In this document: positions 27,027-37,322 of the stretch, in pieces
Layout of the letters: the number at the start of each line of letters is the position of its first letter
How positions within the stretch are numbered: the stretch's first letter is position 1
Origin: Arcobacteraceae bacterium
GTDB taxonomy: Bacteria; Campylobacterota; Campylobacteria; Campylobacterales; Arcobacteraceae
Reading direction: 5' to 3'
Length of the DNA: 64,000 nt
Assembly (NCBI GenBank): GCA_965224485.1
Contig: CBDCZH010000016.1
Span: 128,001 to 192,000, forward strand
Position numbers and translations under genes: made by a program
Notes under the pieces: generated by a model
The model's input: only the letters and a program-made list of their open reading frames with translations
Databases searched by the model: none
What the model was told of the DNA's origin: nothing

Positions 27027-28610
27027 ATGGCTAAAGAAAATGCAGCTGCAAGAGTTGAAAGAATTAAAAAAGAAAAAAATGGTTTAGATGTATTAAAAGA
27101 TATATATCTTTATGCCGTTTTAGGTGAAGAAATAGATAAAGAAGATATTGATAGATTCAAATGGTATGGTTTATATACACAAAATACAAACCTCCAAGAT
27201 GAAGATGATAAAACTTTATATTTTATGTTAAGAGTTAAACTAGAAAATGCTTCTTTAAATATAGAGCAGTTAAGAATATGCTCACAAATATCTAAAGAAT
27301 TTGCAAGAGATACGGCTGATTTTACAACAAGACAGGATATTCAGTTTCATTATATTACAGTAAAAGATTTACCTGAAATATTTAGATTGTTAAATACTGT
27401 AGGACTTAGTAGTGTTTTTGCAGCAGGAGATGTTCCACGAAATGTAACAACCTGTCCTGTATCATCTTTAGAACATGATGAAATTTGTGATACTTCAAAA
27501 CTTGTTAAAAAAGTAAATGATTATTTAAGAGGAAATAAGAATTTATCCAATTTACCAAGAAAATATAAGATTTCTATTTCAGCTTGTAATAAACACTGTG
27601 TGGGACATGAAATACAAGATTTAGCATTTACTGCTGTTAAATTAAATGATAAAGTTTTATTTGAAGTACATGTAGGTGGAGGATTAGCTTCGAATAAAAG
27701 ATTCGCTGATTATATTGGAGCTGTTACTCCTTCACAAGTTTTAAGTGTTGTAAAAGCAGTTACTACTATTTATAGAGACCATGGATTAAGAGAAAATCGA
27801 AGAAAAGCTAGATTAGGTCATTTAATACAAGCATGGGGAATTGAAAAGTTTAAAGAAGTTTTAGAAGAAAAATTAAAATTTTCTTTAAAAAATCAAAAAG
27901 CTCAAACATATACTCCTTATGCAAAAAGAGAACATTTTGGAGTACAGCAGTCAAAATTAAAAGCAAAATCATATATAGGATGTGCTATAAATGGAGGAAA
28001 GATTCTTTCTTCTGGATTAAATGATTTAGCCGATGTTTTAGAAAAACATCAAGTAACAACAATAAAAACGACAGTTACGCAAAACTTTGTAGTTTGTGAT
28101 GCTTTTAGTGAAAAAACACAAGCTTTATGTGAAGACTTAGAAGTATTAGGAATAGATGCAAATCCTAGTCCTTTTAAAGCAAGAACAATTTCTTGTACGG
28201 GAATTAACTTTTGTAAGTTTGCAGTAACTGAAACAAAAAGCCAAGCTATGAAACTTAGTTTATATTTAGAAGAAAAGTTTCCAGAGTTTAAAGAAACAGT
28301 TTCTATATCTTTAAATGGCTGTCCGAACTCATGTGCCCATCCTCATATTGTGGATATTGGTTTATTAGGGACAAAAGTTAGAACACCAGAGGGAACAGTT
28401 CCAGGCTTTGAGCTTATAATTGCTGGAAACCTAGAAGGTGAAGATTCTTCTTTTGGAGAAAAAGTTGGTATTAAAGTACCTTCTTCAAGAGTTGAAGAAC
28501 TTGTTGAAAATATAATTTCACAGTACATAAACAGTGATGAAAATTCTGTTCATGAATTTTTAAAAAAGAAAGTAGGTAATGAAGAATTTATTTCGTCCCT
28601 TCTTAAGTGA
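27027..28610 (+). CDS. Siroheme nitrite/sulfite reductase (assimilatory, by context)
   Basis: TTRQDIQ, NLPRKYK, CTGINFC, GCPNSC. Confidence 0.88.
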   Translation: MAKENAAARVERIKKEKNGLDVLKDIYLYAVLGEEIDKEDIDRFKWYGLYTQNTNLQDEDDKTLYFMLRVKLENASLNIEQLRICSQISKEFARDTADFTTRQDIQFHYITVKDLPEIFRLLNTVGLSSVFAAGDVPRNVTTCPVSSLEHDEICDTSKLVKKVNDYLRGNKNLSNLPRKYKISISACNKHCVGHEIQDLAFTAVKLNDKVLFEVHVGGGLASNKRFADYIGAVTPSQVLSVVKAVTTIYRDHGLRENRRKARLGHLIQAWGIEKFKEVLEEKLKFSLKNQKAQTYTPYAKREHFGVQQSKLKAKSYIGCAINGGKILSSGLNDLADVLEKHQVTTIKTTVTQNFVVCDAFSEKTQALCEDLEVLGIDANPSPFKARTISCTGINFCKFAVTETKSQAMKLSLYLEEKFPEFKETVSISLNGCPNSCAHPHIVDIGLLGTKVRTPEGTVPGFELIIAGNLEGEDSSFGEKVGIKVPSSRVEELVENIISQYINSDENSVHEFLKKKVGNEEFISSLLK

Positions 28611-29889
28611 AGATGCCAATAAATTACAATTTATAAAATATAATACTATTGGCAAGCATAAAACTTTATATTTTGATTATACCGCCTCAGGTCTAGCTTT
28701 TAGGAATATAGAGAATAGAATATATGATGTACTTACAACATATGCGAATACTCATTCTAAAGAGTCTTCAATGGCTTCTAAAACTCATAATTATTATGAA
28801 CAAGCACTAAGCAGTTTAAAAACTAGCTTAGAGCTTAAAGAAGAATTTGAAGTTATTCCAACAGGTTGTGGGGCTACTGCTGCTATTAAAAAGTTTCAAG
28901 AACTTTTAGGTCTTTATATTCCACCAGCAAGCTTAAAAAGACTTGCTTTAAATATAGATAAAAGTAAACTTCCTTTAGTAATAGTTGGGCCTTATGAGCA
29001 TCATTCAAATGAAGTTTCCTATAGAGAGGCTTTATGTGAAACTATAAGAATTACTTTAAATGAAGAAGGGTTGATTGATTTAATTCAACTTGAAAAAGTT
29101 TTAAAACAAAACCAACATAGAGAACTAATAGGTTCTTTTTGTACTGCTTCAAATGTAACAGGAATAATAACTTGTTATAAAGATATTTCAAAACTTTTAC
29201 GAAAATATAATGCTTTGGTGTGTTTTGATGCAGCAGCTTCTTCTTCTTATATGAATATAGATTGTTCTTATTATGATGTAATGTATTTATCACCTCATAA
29301 GTTATTAGGAGGCCCTGGTTCTTGTGGACTTTTAGTTATAAACAGAAAACTAATTGACTTATCTCTTTCTCCTACATTTGCAGGAGGAGGAACTGTTACT
29401 TATGTTAGTAGAAGTACTCAAGAGTATGAAAAAAATATAAGCGCTAGAGAAACACCTGGAACTCCTGGTATTTTACAGCTAATAAAAGCAGCCCTAGCAT
29501 ATCAGTTAAGAAATGAAATTGGTTTTGATTTTATTTTGAGCAAAAAAGAAGAAGGTTTATCATATTTTATTAAAAATATAAAAAAAATACCTTCATGTAT
29601 TATATATGGAAATGAACAAGCAAAAAATATTGGAATAGTATCTTTTAATATAGGAGAACTAGACCCTTATATTCTTTGTGACATGATGTCAAATGATTCT
29701 GGTATTCAAACAAGAGCAGGATGTTCATGTGCAGGGCCTTATGGTCACGATTTATTAGGATTAAAAGATCAAAAAAGCCTAGGTAAACAACCAGGTTGGT
29801 TAAGAATTTCTATTCACTACTCTCAAACAAAAGAAGAAATCGATACTTTAATAAACTCATTGAAGTCTTCTATTACAAAACTTACTTAA
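28579..29889 (+). CDS. Class V aminotransferase (cysteine desulfurase-like)
   Basis: DYTASG, EHHSN, ASNVTG, SPHKLLGGPG, RAGCSCAGPY. Confidence 0.85.
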   Translation: MKNLFRPFLSEDANKLQFIKYNTIGKHKTLYFDYTASGLAFRNIENRIYDVLTTYANTHSKESSMASKTHNYYEQALSSLKTSLELKEEFEVIPTGCGATAAIKKFQELLGLYIPPASLKRLALNIDKSKLPLVIVGPYEHHSNEVSYREALCETIRITLNEEGLIDLIQLEKVLKQNQHRELIGSFCTASNVTGIITCYKDISKLLRKYNALVCFDAAASSSYMNIDCSYYDVMYLSPHKLLGGPGSCGLLVINRKLIDLSLSPTFAGGGTVTYVSRSTQEYEKNISARETPGTPGILQLIKAALAYQLRNEIGFDFILSKKEEGLSYFIKNIKKIPSCIIYGNEQAKNIGIVSFNIGELDPYILCDMMSNDSGIQTRAGCSCAGPYGHDLLGLKDQKSLGKQPGWLRISIHYSQTKEEIDTLINSLKSSITKLT

Positions 29890-29912
29890 ATATTTAGCAC
29901 TTTATTCATGTT

Positions 29913-29944
29913 GTAACTTTCTAGTAACTTTTTAAAATTATAAT
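29913..29944 (+). promoter_or_regulatory. Pho-box-like direct repeat plus -10 element
   Basis: GTAACTTT at 29913 and 29924 (11-bp period); TATAAT at 29939; upstream of phoX. Confidence 0.5.
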
Positions 29945-29978
29945 AAATAACATTTAATTTTTACAAAGGACTTACAAA

Positions 29979-31796
29979 ATGAATAAAAGTGCACTTACTC
30001 TATCAGCCGCTGTTGCTGCAGTTCTATTTACTGCCTGTACAAAAAACGAGATTTCTAAAAATGATTTACCAGCTCAAAATCATAAAATCTCTTTTCAAGA
30101 AGTTTCTGTTCCTAATAGCGAAATGGAAAAAAGAGAGATTAGAGCTTCAAGTGAAATGACACTTGATGGAAAGACTCATAAAATTTCTTTTAATACAATT
30201 TTACGTTCTGGTGAAAAAGTAGGAGATGGTGTATATGGTATGATTTTTGATTCTAAGGGTCAACCTATTTATTCTGATGATGGAGCTATAAAAGTTTCAA
30301 ACTCAAATGATTTTGCATCACTTTTACCTATTGGTGATAAATTATTTATGGTTTCTCAATTTGAAACAAGACCTGCTGCTATGTATTTAACTGAATTACA
30401 GCAAGATAAAGATGGTAAATTAAAAGCAATTAGTACTAAAAATATAGACTTTTCAGCTTTTAATGGATTATGGGTGCCTTGTGCTGGTTCTGTTACCCCT
30501 TGGAATTCTCACTTAGGAAGTGAAGAGTATGAGCCTAATGCCGCTAAAGTTAAAGCAAATGGTTCTATTAATGATTATTATGATGCCATGGCTGATTATT
30601 ATGGTGGAGATTTAAAAGCACTTAATCCTTATGATTATGGTTGGACTCCTGAGGTTAAAGTACTAAATGAAAAAGGTGATGTAGAAGTACAAAAGCATTA
30701 TGCAATGGGAAGATTTGCTCATGAATTAGCTTATGTTATGCCTGATGAGAAAACTGTATTTTTAAGTGATGATGGAACAAATGTTGCTTTATTTATGTTT
30801 GTTGCTGATAAAAAAAGAGACTTAAGTGCTGGTACTTTATATGCTGCTAAATGGGAGCAAAGAAACAACAAAGGAGCGGGAAGTGCAGATATCAAATGGG
30901 TTAATTTAGGTCACTCAAGTAATAGCTCTATTAAAGCTGCTTTAGATAAAAAATTAACTTTTAGCGATATTTTTGATGTTTCAAGTCCAAATAACAATAC
31001 CTGTTCAGATTCTTTTACTTCAATTAATACAACTATGGGTAATGAATGTTTAAAAATCAAAGATGGAATGGAAGAGATTGCATCAAGATTAGAATCTAGA
31101 AGATATGCTGCTATTAAAGGAGCTACTACTGAGTTTAGAAAAATGGAAGGTATTTCATATAATAAAAATGAAAATATTTTATATCTTGGTATGAGCTCTA
31201 TTGGTAAGGGTATGGAAGATATGAAGAAAAAAGGAAAAGATAACGATAAGTATGATAAAGGTGGAAATAATGATATAAGACTAAACTATAATCCTTGTGG
31301 TGCTGTTTATTCACTTAATATGACTACTTTTTCAACTCCTCATGATTTATCTGGCAAAAAAATATCTTCTTCTTTTGTTCCTAATTCTATGTACTCACTA
31401 GTTGAAGGTTTTGTAGATAAATCAATTAGCGGAAATAAATGTTCTGTTACGTCTTTAGCAAACCCTGATAATATAACTTTTATACCTAATACAAAAACAC
31501 TAATTATTGGGGAAGATACAGGTTCTGGTCATCAAAATGATTATATCTGGTCTTATAACTTAGAGAATAAAAAACTAACAAGAATTCTAACTACTCCTTA
31601 TGGTTCAGAAACTACATCTCCTTATTATTATAATAATATCAAAGGTCATGGTTATTTAATGACAGTAGTGCAACATCCTTATGGTGAAGGTGATGCTTTA
31701 ACTAAAGAGAAAGATATGTTAGATAAGGCAAATAATGCAAATGAAACAAGAGCTTATACAGGATATGTAGGTCCGTTACCTGTTATTAGTAAATAA
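29979..31796 (+). CDS. phoX: PhoX (DUF839) family alkaline phosphatase, lipoprotein
   Basis: Lipobox FTAC; CAGSVTPW.SHLGSEEY, MGRFAHE, NPDN, GED, QHP. Confidence 0.85.
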   Translation: MNKSALTLSAAVAAVLFTACTKNEISKNDLPAQNHKISFQEVSVPNSEMEKREIRASSEMTLDGKTHKISFNTILRSGEKVGDGVYGMIFDSKGQPIYSDDGAIKVSNSNDFASLLPIGDKLFMVSQFETRPAAMYLTELQQDKDGKLKAISTKNIDFSAFNGLWVPCAGSVTPWNSHLGSEEYEPNAAKVKANGSINDYYDAMADYYGGDLKALNPYDYGWTPEVKVLNEKGDVEVQKHYAMGRFAHELAYVMPDEKTVFLSDDGTNVALFMFVADKKRDLSAGTLYAAKWEQRNNKGAGSADIKWVNLGHSSNSSIKAALDKKLTFSDIFDVSSPNNNTCSDSFTSINTTMGNECLKIKDGMEEIASRLESRRYAAIKGATTEFRKMEGISYNKNENILYLGMSSIGKGMEDMKKKGKDNDKYDKGGNNDIRLNYNPCGAVYSLNMTTFSTPHDLSGKKISSSFVPNSMYSLVEGFVDKSISGNKCSVTSLANPDNITFIPNTKTLIIGEDTGSGHQNDYIWSYNLENKKLTRILTTPYGSETTSPYYYNNIKGHGYLMTVVQHPYGEGDALTKEKDMLDKANNANETRAYTGYVGPLPVISK

Positions 31797-31810
31797 GGCT
31801 TAACAAAAGA

Positions 31811-33556
31811 ATGTTAAGAAAAATACAATTCGTGGCAGTACTTTTAAGTACTGCCAGCCTTCTTGCTTTTGAAGTGGATTTAAGAAATACAAACTTATAT
31901 AATGAAACAGCATATATCTCTAGTCAATGTTATACAAAAACTATTGATGAAAACAATGAGAATATCTTACATAATCCCTGCTTTTCCTGTCATACAAAAA
32001 ATATTATTCCAAACTATACTTTTAGTGATCAAGATTTGCAAGAAGCTTATGATTTTCCACAAGCTGCTTTAAAAAATCCTTGGACTAATTTATTTAAAGA
32101 TCGAAGAGCTTCTATAAAAGAAATATCAGATGAACAAATATTAAAATATATAAGAGAAGATAATTATAAAAATAAAAACAACAGTATTATATTAAAAAAT
32201 AAACTTTCAAAACTTTCAAAAGACTGGGATGTAAACAATAATAAAATTTGGGATGGTTATATTCCTGATTGTGAGTTTAACTTTGATGAAGAAGGTTTTG
32301 ATAAGAAAAAAGAAGTGTATACAGGTTGGAGAGCTTTTGCTTACTACCCATTTTTAGGTACATTTTGGCCAACTAATGGAAGTACCGATGACGTAATGAT
32401 ACGCTTAGATAAAATATTCCAAAAAGATAAAAATAAAAACTTTAATCTTGAAGTCTATAAATTAAATTTATCTATTGTTGAGTCTTTAATAAAACAAAAA
32501 GATATTTTAATAAATGAAGTTGATGAAAGAATTTATCAAGTTGATTTAAATCAAAACAATAAACTAGATTTTGCAAAAAAGATTGTATTTAAATGGATAA
32601 AACCAAAAGTAAATAAAAAAACATTAAAAGTAATTAAGTATTCAATGTCTTATGTAGGTTTAGCAAAAGAAGAACTAAGTAAGAATAATATTCATATAGC
32701 TCCTGGACTTTATCCTACAAATACAGAGTTCTTACACTCAGTTCGTTATCTTGATATTAAAAAAGATGAAACTGTAACAATGTCAAAAAGAATGAAAGAG
32801 CTTAGATATGCTAAAAAAACATCATGGTTTACTTATTCAGCCCTTAGAGCTATTGGAGATGAAGAGTTAAAAGAAAAAAATGATTTTCCAGATAGGGTTG
32901 ATAAATATATTGGAAGTATTGAAACTGGACTTTTCAATAAAAGAGGTTGGTTATATCAAGGTTTTATAGAAGATGTAAGAGGTGAGTTAAGACCTCAATC
33001 GTATGAAGAAACACTCTCCTGTATGGGCTGTCACAGCAATCTTGGTGTTTTAGCAGATTCTACTTTTGTATTTCAAAGAAAATTTGAAAACAATACCTAT
33101 AAAGAAGGTTGGTACCACTGGAGTAAAAAGGGTTTAAAAAACATTAAAGATAGAGTTTTAAAAACTGGTGAGACTGAATATATAAGATATTTAAAACAAA
33201 ATAATGCAGGTGATGAGTTTAGAGAAAATCAAGAAGTAAAAAATAAGTTTTTTGTTAAAAATTGGGAAAATAAAACAGCTCTAATCAAAAAAGACTTACT
33301 TAAAAAACTGGAAGACCCAAGTATTATTTTAAATCAAAATTGGAAGCTAAAAACTGATGCTGTAGAAAAACTTAAAAATGATATCTCTTACTTATTATTA
33401 CCAAGTAAAAAAAGAGCTTTAAAATTAAATAAAGCCTATAAAATCATTGTCAATGAGCAGAGCTATATTTATGGAAAAGATGCAATTATTAAACCCTCTT
33501 CAAATGTGCATAAAGAAGTAAAACAGGGTTTATCAACTAATTTGGAGAAAATATAA
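31811..33556 (+). CDS. Exported protein with two CxxCH motifs (putative c-type cytochrome)
   Basis: Signal peptide; CFSCH and CMGCH. Confidence 0.65.
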   Translation: MLRKIQFVAVLLSTASLLAFEVDLRNTNLYNETAYISSQCYTKTIDENNENILHNPCFSCHTKNIIPNYTFSDQDLQEAYDFPQAALKNPWTNLFKDRRASIKEISDEQILKYIREDNYKNKNNSIILKNKLSKLSKDWDVNNNKIWDGYIPDCEFNFDEEGFDKKKEVYTGWRAFAYYPFLGTFWPTNGSTDDVMIRLDKIFQKDKNKNFNLEVYKLNLSIVESLIKQKDILINEVDERIYQVDLNQNNKLDFAKKIVFKWIKPKVNKKTLKVIKYSMSYVGLAKEELSKNNIHIAPGLYPTNTEFLHSVRYLDIKKDETVTMSKRMKELRYAKKTSWFTYSALRAIGDEELKEKNDFPDRVDKYIGSIETGLFNKRGWLYQGFIEDVRGELRPQSYEETLSCMGCHSNLGVLADSTFVFQRKFENNTYKEGWYHWSKKGLKNIKDRVLKTGETEYIRYLKQNNAGDEFRENQEVKNKFFVKNWENKTALIKKDLLKKLEDPSIILNQNWKLKTDAVEKLKNDISYLLLPSKKRALKLNKAYKIIVNEQSYIYGKDAIIKPSSNVHKEVKQGLSTNLEKI

Positions 33557-34287
33557 TGTTTGATATTTATTCTGATATTTTAAATATAGTTATTTCGGCA
33601 CAACACAGTATTAACCTTCTTATAAGTGATTATTTTGATCAATTAGAAGAAGGAAATAATTTAATGTATTTATACATTTTAGGTATATCATTTTTATATG
33701 GGCTTATTCATGCCCTAGGACCAGGTCATGGTAAGATGGTAATTGCAAGTTATTTTTTAGCCCATGGCTCTAAAACTAAAGAAGCAGTAAAAGCAGGTTT
33801 TTTAACTGCTTTAATTCATGCGATAACAGCTTTATTTATTACCCTTAGTTTATATTTGTTCTTTCAAAATACAATAAGCCAATATTTTCAAATCATAAAT
33901 GCAAATATGTATAAAGTATCTGCTATTTTTATTATAGGGATATCTTTATATTTATTATTCGAAACAATTAAAGATAGAAATAAAAAAGAAAAGCTAAGAC
34001 CACTTGGAAACAAAAATATTTTATCTATTGCTTTATCCATAGGTTTAGTTCCCTGTCCTGGAGTTATGACTATTGTTTTATATTCTATGATTGTAGGTCA
34101 TCCATATTTAGGAATAATCTCTGCTATTGTTATGAGTATGGGAATGGGTATAACTATCTCAGGAGCTGCTGTTTTTTCATCTCATATTAATAGAGTTAAT
34201 AACTTTCAATACTCTATAGTTATCAAAAGTCTTACTTATCTTGGAATTTTTTTCTTATTTTCTTTGGGAGTATTTTTATTATTATGA
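33556..34287 (+). CDS. Nickel/cobalt transporter (RcnA/NiCoT-like)
   Basis: YGLIHALGPGHGK, GLVPCP. Confidence 0.85.
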   Translation: MFDIYSDILNIVISAQHSINLLISDYFDQLEEGNNLMYLYILGISFLYGLIHALGPGHGKMVIASYFLAHGSKTKEAVKAGFLTALIHAITALFITLSLYLFFQNTISQYFQIINANMYKVSAIFIIGISLYLLFETIKDRNKKEKLRPLGNKNILSIALSIGLVPCPGVMTIVLYSMIVGHPYLGIISAIVMSMGMGITISGAAVFSSHINRVNNFQYSIVIKSLTYLGIFFLFSLGVFLLL

Positions 34288-34763
34288 AAAAACTGTTTTT
34301 CCTATTCTTTTTACATATTTCTTTATACGCACATCCTCATTTTTTTGTTGATGCAAGTTTAAAGATAAAAGAAAAAACAATAAAACATATCTGGATTTTT
34401 GACAAAATTAATTCAAGATTATTAATGTTTGATTTTGATATAAATAAAAACAAAAAATTAGAAAAAGAAGAAGAGACAAACTTTTTGCAAAAGCATTTTT
34501 TCTCTCTTAAAAAAGATAACTATAATCTTTTTATTGAAAATAATGAAGAAGAAATAGAAATAAATCCGCAAAAAGTAAGGGCTGTATTTAGCAAAAGAAG
34601 AATCATTATAACTTTTTATACAAATATCAAACTACAAAAAGATTCGACTTTATGCACTATTGACCCACTTGTTTATATGGCATTTAAAATAAACAAAATA
34701 AATACAACATTAGATATAGATATTATAAAAAGTGAATATGACTATTGCATAGGAGTTAAATAA
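34284..34763 (+). CDS. DUF1007 family periplasmic protein
   Basis: Signal peptide followed by HPHFFVD, W.FD, D.NKNKKL. Confidence 0.75.
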   Translation: MKKLFFLFFLHISLYAHPHFFVDASLKIKEKTIKHIWIFDKINSRLLMFDFDINKNKKLEKEEETNFLQKHFFSLKKDNYNLFIENNEEEIEINPQKVRAVFSKRRIIITFYTNIKLQKDSTLCTIDPLVYMAFKINKINTTLDIDIIKSEYDYCIGVK

Positions 34764-35072
34764 ATGAAGAAATTTATATTTTTACTACTTCCTTTTTACT
34801 GTTTTTCCCATCCTGTTTCTTATACTATTGATTTAAAAGCTAGTTATGATAAAAATAAAAAAATAGCCAAGATAGAGTGTATAAGTTCTAGTAGGAATAA
34901 ATGTGGGGCTCATAATTTTAAACTTTTTGATGAAAATGATAAACTTTTAAAAACATCAAGATTTCCCTTTTTAAAAAAGTCAAAAAATATTAAGAATATA
35001 GAAAAACCATATAAGATGATATTTTTTCTAAAAAAAGTACCAGAACATCAATATATTGTATATTTTAAATAA
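34764..35072 (+). CDS. Hypothetical exported protein
   Basis: Signal peptide then HP; in operon with DUF1007. Confidence 0.6.
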   Translation: MKKFIFLLLPFYCFSHPVSYTIDLKASYDKNKKIAKIECISSSRNKCGAHNFKLFDENDKLLKTSRFPFLKKSKNIKNIEKPYKMIFFLKKVPEHQYIVYFK

Positions 35073-35121
35073 GTAATTTGTATAAATATATTTCATTAAT
35101 AAAATAGAGGTATAATATTAT

Positions 35122-36240
35122 ATGAGATTCTTAATATTTGCCACAATTTTTATGATTATTCAAAGCCTTATGCTTATATACATTTCTAAACGTTTTGTAA
35201 AAAGAGTTGATTTTTCTTCAAAAATTAAAAAAGCTTTAAATATATTTTTACTCTTTAATCTTTTGGGAGTTATATTATATATGGTAGCAAGGTATTATCC
35301 TTTTGTTCCAAATTGGTTATATTTTTTACTTAGCCTTTCTCTTGGACTAATTTTCGTACTTTTTATGCTTACAATTTTTTACGATATTTCTCATTATATT
35401 ATTAATAAAACAGCAAAAAATGACAGTAGAAGAAAGTTTTTTAAAAAAACTCTAGATATAAGCGCTATTTCATTAGCTACTGTAATTTCAAGTAAAGCTA
35501 TATACAATGCAAAAAACTATGTTTTAGAAGAAATAGATATAAAAATAAAAGATTTAAAAAAACCCTACAGTATAATTCAGATTTCTGATATACATATTGG
35601 TGGGTTAATAGATAAAGCTTTTATAAAAACTATGGTTGAAAAAATAAACTCATTAAAACCTGACCTTGTAGTAATAACAGGAGATTTAGTAGATACTAGT
35701 ATGAAATATGCAAAAGATGCTTTAGATGAATTACAACATTTAAAAAGTAAGTATGGAACATATTTTATAGTTGGAAATCATGAATATTTTCATAATATAA
35801 ATGAAATAATATTTTCTCTTAAAAATCTAAATATTAAGGTTTTAGAAAATGAAAGTGTTTATATAGGTGGAAATAATATTGGTTTTAATTTAGCTGGGGT
35901 TTATGATATTTTTGGTTATAGCTATAAAGAGTATCAACCTGATATAAATAAAGCTCTTAGCGCTATTAAAAACTCACCAAGCATTCTTTTAGCACATCAA
36001 CCAAAGTTTATCAACGAAGTGCCTTCTAGTGTTGCTTTGGTTCTTAGCGGGCATACTCATGGTGGTCAAATAATTCCTTTTAATTTTTTAGTTAAACTTG
36101 TGCAGCCTTATTTAAAAGGTTTACACCAACACAATATTCATACACAAATATATGTAAATAAAGGAACAGGATTTTGGGGACCACCTATGCGTTTAGGGGC
36201 AAGTTCAGAAATTACCTTTATTAAGTTAATTCCAAGTTGA
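35122..36240 (+). CDS. Membrane-bound metallophosphoesterase (YkuE-like)
   Basis: SDIH, TGDLVD, GNHE, LAHQP, GHTHGGQ. Confidence 0.92.
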   Translation: MRFLIFATIFMIIQSLMLIYISKRFVKRVDFSSKIKKALNIFLLFNLLGVILYMVARYYPFVPNWLYFLLSLSLGLIFVLFMLTIFYDISHYIINKTAKNDSRRKFFKKTLDISAISLATVISSKAIYNAKNYVLEEIDIKIKDLKKPYSIIQISDIHIGGLIDKAFIKTMVEKINSLKPDLVVITGDLVDTSMKYAKDALDELQHLKSKYGTYFIVGNHEYFHNINEIIFSLKNLNIKVLENESVYIGGNNIGFNLAGVYDIFGYSYKEYQPDINKALSAIKNSPSILLAHQPKFINEVPSSVALVLSGHTHGGQIIPFNFLVKLVQPYLKGLHQHNIHTQIYVNKGTGFWGPPMRLGASSEITFIKLIPS

Positions 36241-36250
36241 TATTAATCAA
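36237..36250. promoter_or_regulatory. FNR/Crp-family (Nss-type) binding site
   Basis: TTGAT-ATTA-ATCAA, a perfect FNR consensus about 60 bp upstream of the YgbA-like gene. Confidence 0.6.
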
Positions 36251-36311
36251 AGCTAATCTTTAAATTTTGTGTCAAAATAAAATTTAATTAAAAAAATATT
36301 ATAGGAAGATT

Positions 36312-36659
36312 ATGACGAACGAAAAGTTTAAGTCTGAAGCCAATACTCTTAAAAGATTTTTTGAGAAATACTGCAATGATAAACATCAAAATAAAAAAAA
36401 CTTTTCAATAGAACTTACTTATGAAGGTAAGTTAATAAAGCTTGAGCTTAGCTTGTGTGAAACCTGTAAGGAAAGTATTACTTACTCATTTGATAGATTA
36501 CTGCAATGCCCTCATGAAATTAAACCAAGATGCAGAACTTGTCCAGCTAAATGTTATGACAAAAAAGAGTGGACTAAGACAGCTAAGATAATGAAATACT
36601 CGGCAATTCAATTTGGTCTTTCAAAAATAAAGAAACGTTTATTTAATTTATTTAAGTAA
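36312..36659 (+). CDS. YgbA / nitrous-oxide-stimulated promoter family protein
   Basis: YC..KH, LCETC, RL..CP...KPRCRTCPAKCY, IMKYS. Confidence 0.85.
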   Translation: MTNEKFKSEANTLKRFFEKYCNDKHQNKKNFSIELTYEGKLIKLELSLCETCKESITYSFDRLLQCPHEIKPRCRTCPAKCYDKKEWTKTAKIMKYSAIQFGLSKIKKRLFNLFK

Positions 36660-36662
36660 TTA

Positions 36663-37256
36663 ATGTATAATACAAACATGCTAAACATTACACTAAGAGA
36701 ACACCTTATAAATATTACTTATGAAGAAATTTACACAAAAGGTTTTCAAGCTGCTAATACTTCTATAATATTAAAAAAAGCAAAGATACATAAAGGTTCA
36801 ATGTATCACTATTTTAAATCCAAAAAAGATTTAGCCTTATGCGTAATAAAGGAAAGACTTAAACCTATGATTATTGAAAAATATAGTCCTCTAAGAGAAG
36901 CAAAAACAAACTCATTTGATTTATTACTTTCACTTCTACAAAATACCGAAATATTAAACATAAAATATGGGTGCCATGTTAATAATCTAATTCAAGAGAT
37001 GTCTCCAATAGATGTAGATTTTAAAAGTATTTTGGAGAATATATATTTGTATATGGAAGAAAGTATAGAATATGCACTTGATACAGCAGTCAAAAATAAA
37101 GAAATTACCACATCAATTGAGACGAAAAAGCTATCTCTTTTTATTCTTTCAGCAATGGAAGGAAGTTTAATAACAGCAAAAAAGTCAAATAATATTCAAT
37201 CTTTTGAAGATTCTATCTCTGTTTTAATAAATTTTTTAAAAAGTTTAAAAAACTAA
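36663..37256 (+). CDS. TetR/AcrR family transcriptional regulator
   Basis: KGFQA..T..IL......KGSMYHYFKSKKDL; GC.VNNL. Confidence 0.9.
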   Translation: MYNTNMLNITLREHLINITYEEIYTKGFQAANTSIILKKAKIHKGSMYHYFKSKKDLALCVIKERLKPMIIEKYSPLREAKTNSFDLLLSLLQNTEILNIKYGCHVNNLIQEMSPIDVDFKSILENIYLYMEESIEYALDTAVKNKEITTSIETKKLSLFILSAMEGSLITAKKSNNIQSFEDSISVLINFLKSLKN

Positions 37257-37322
37257 ATCCCAAAAATAAAACTATTTTATTAATAATTACTTAAGATAAA
37301 TATCTAAATTTTTAATTTCATC

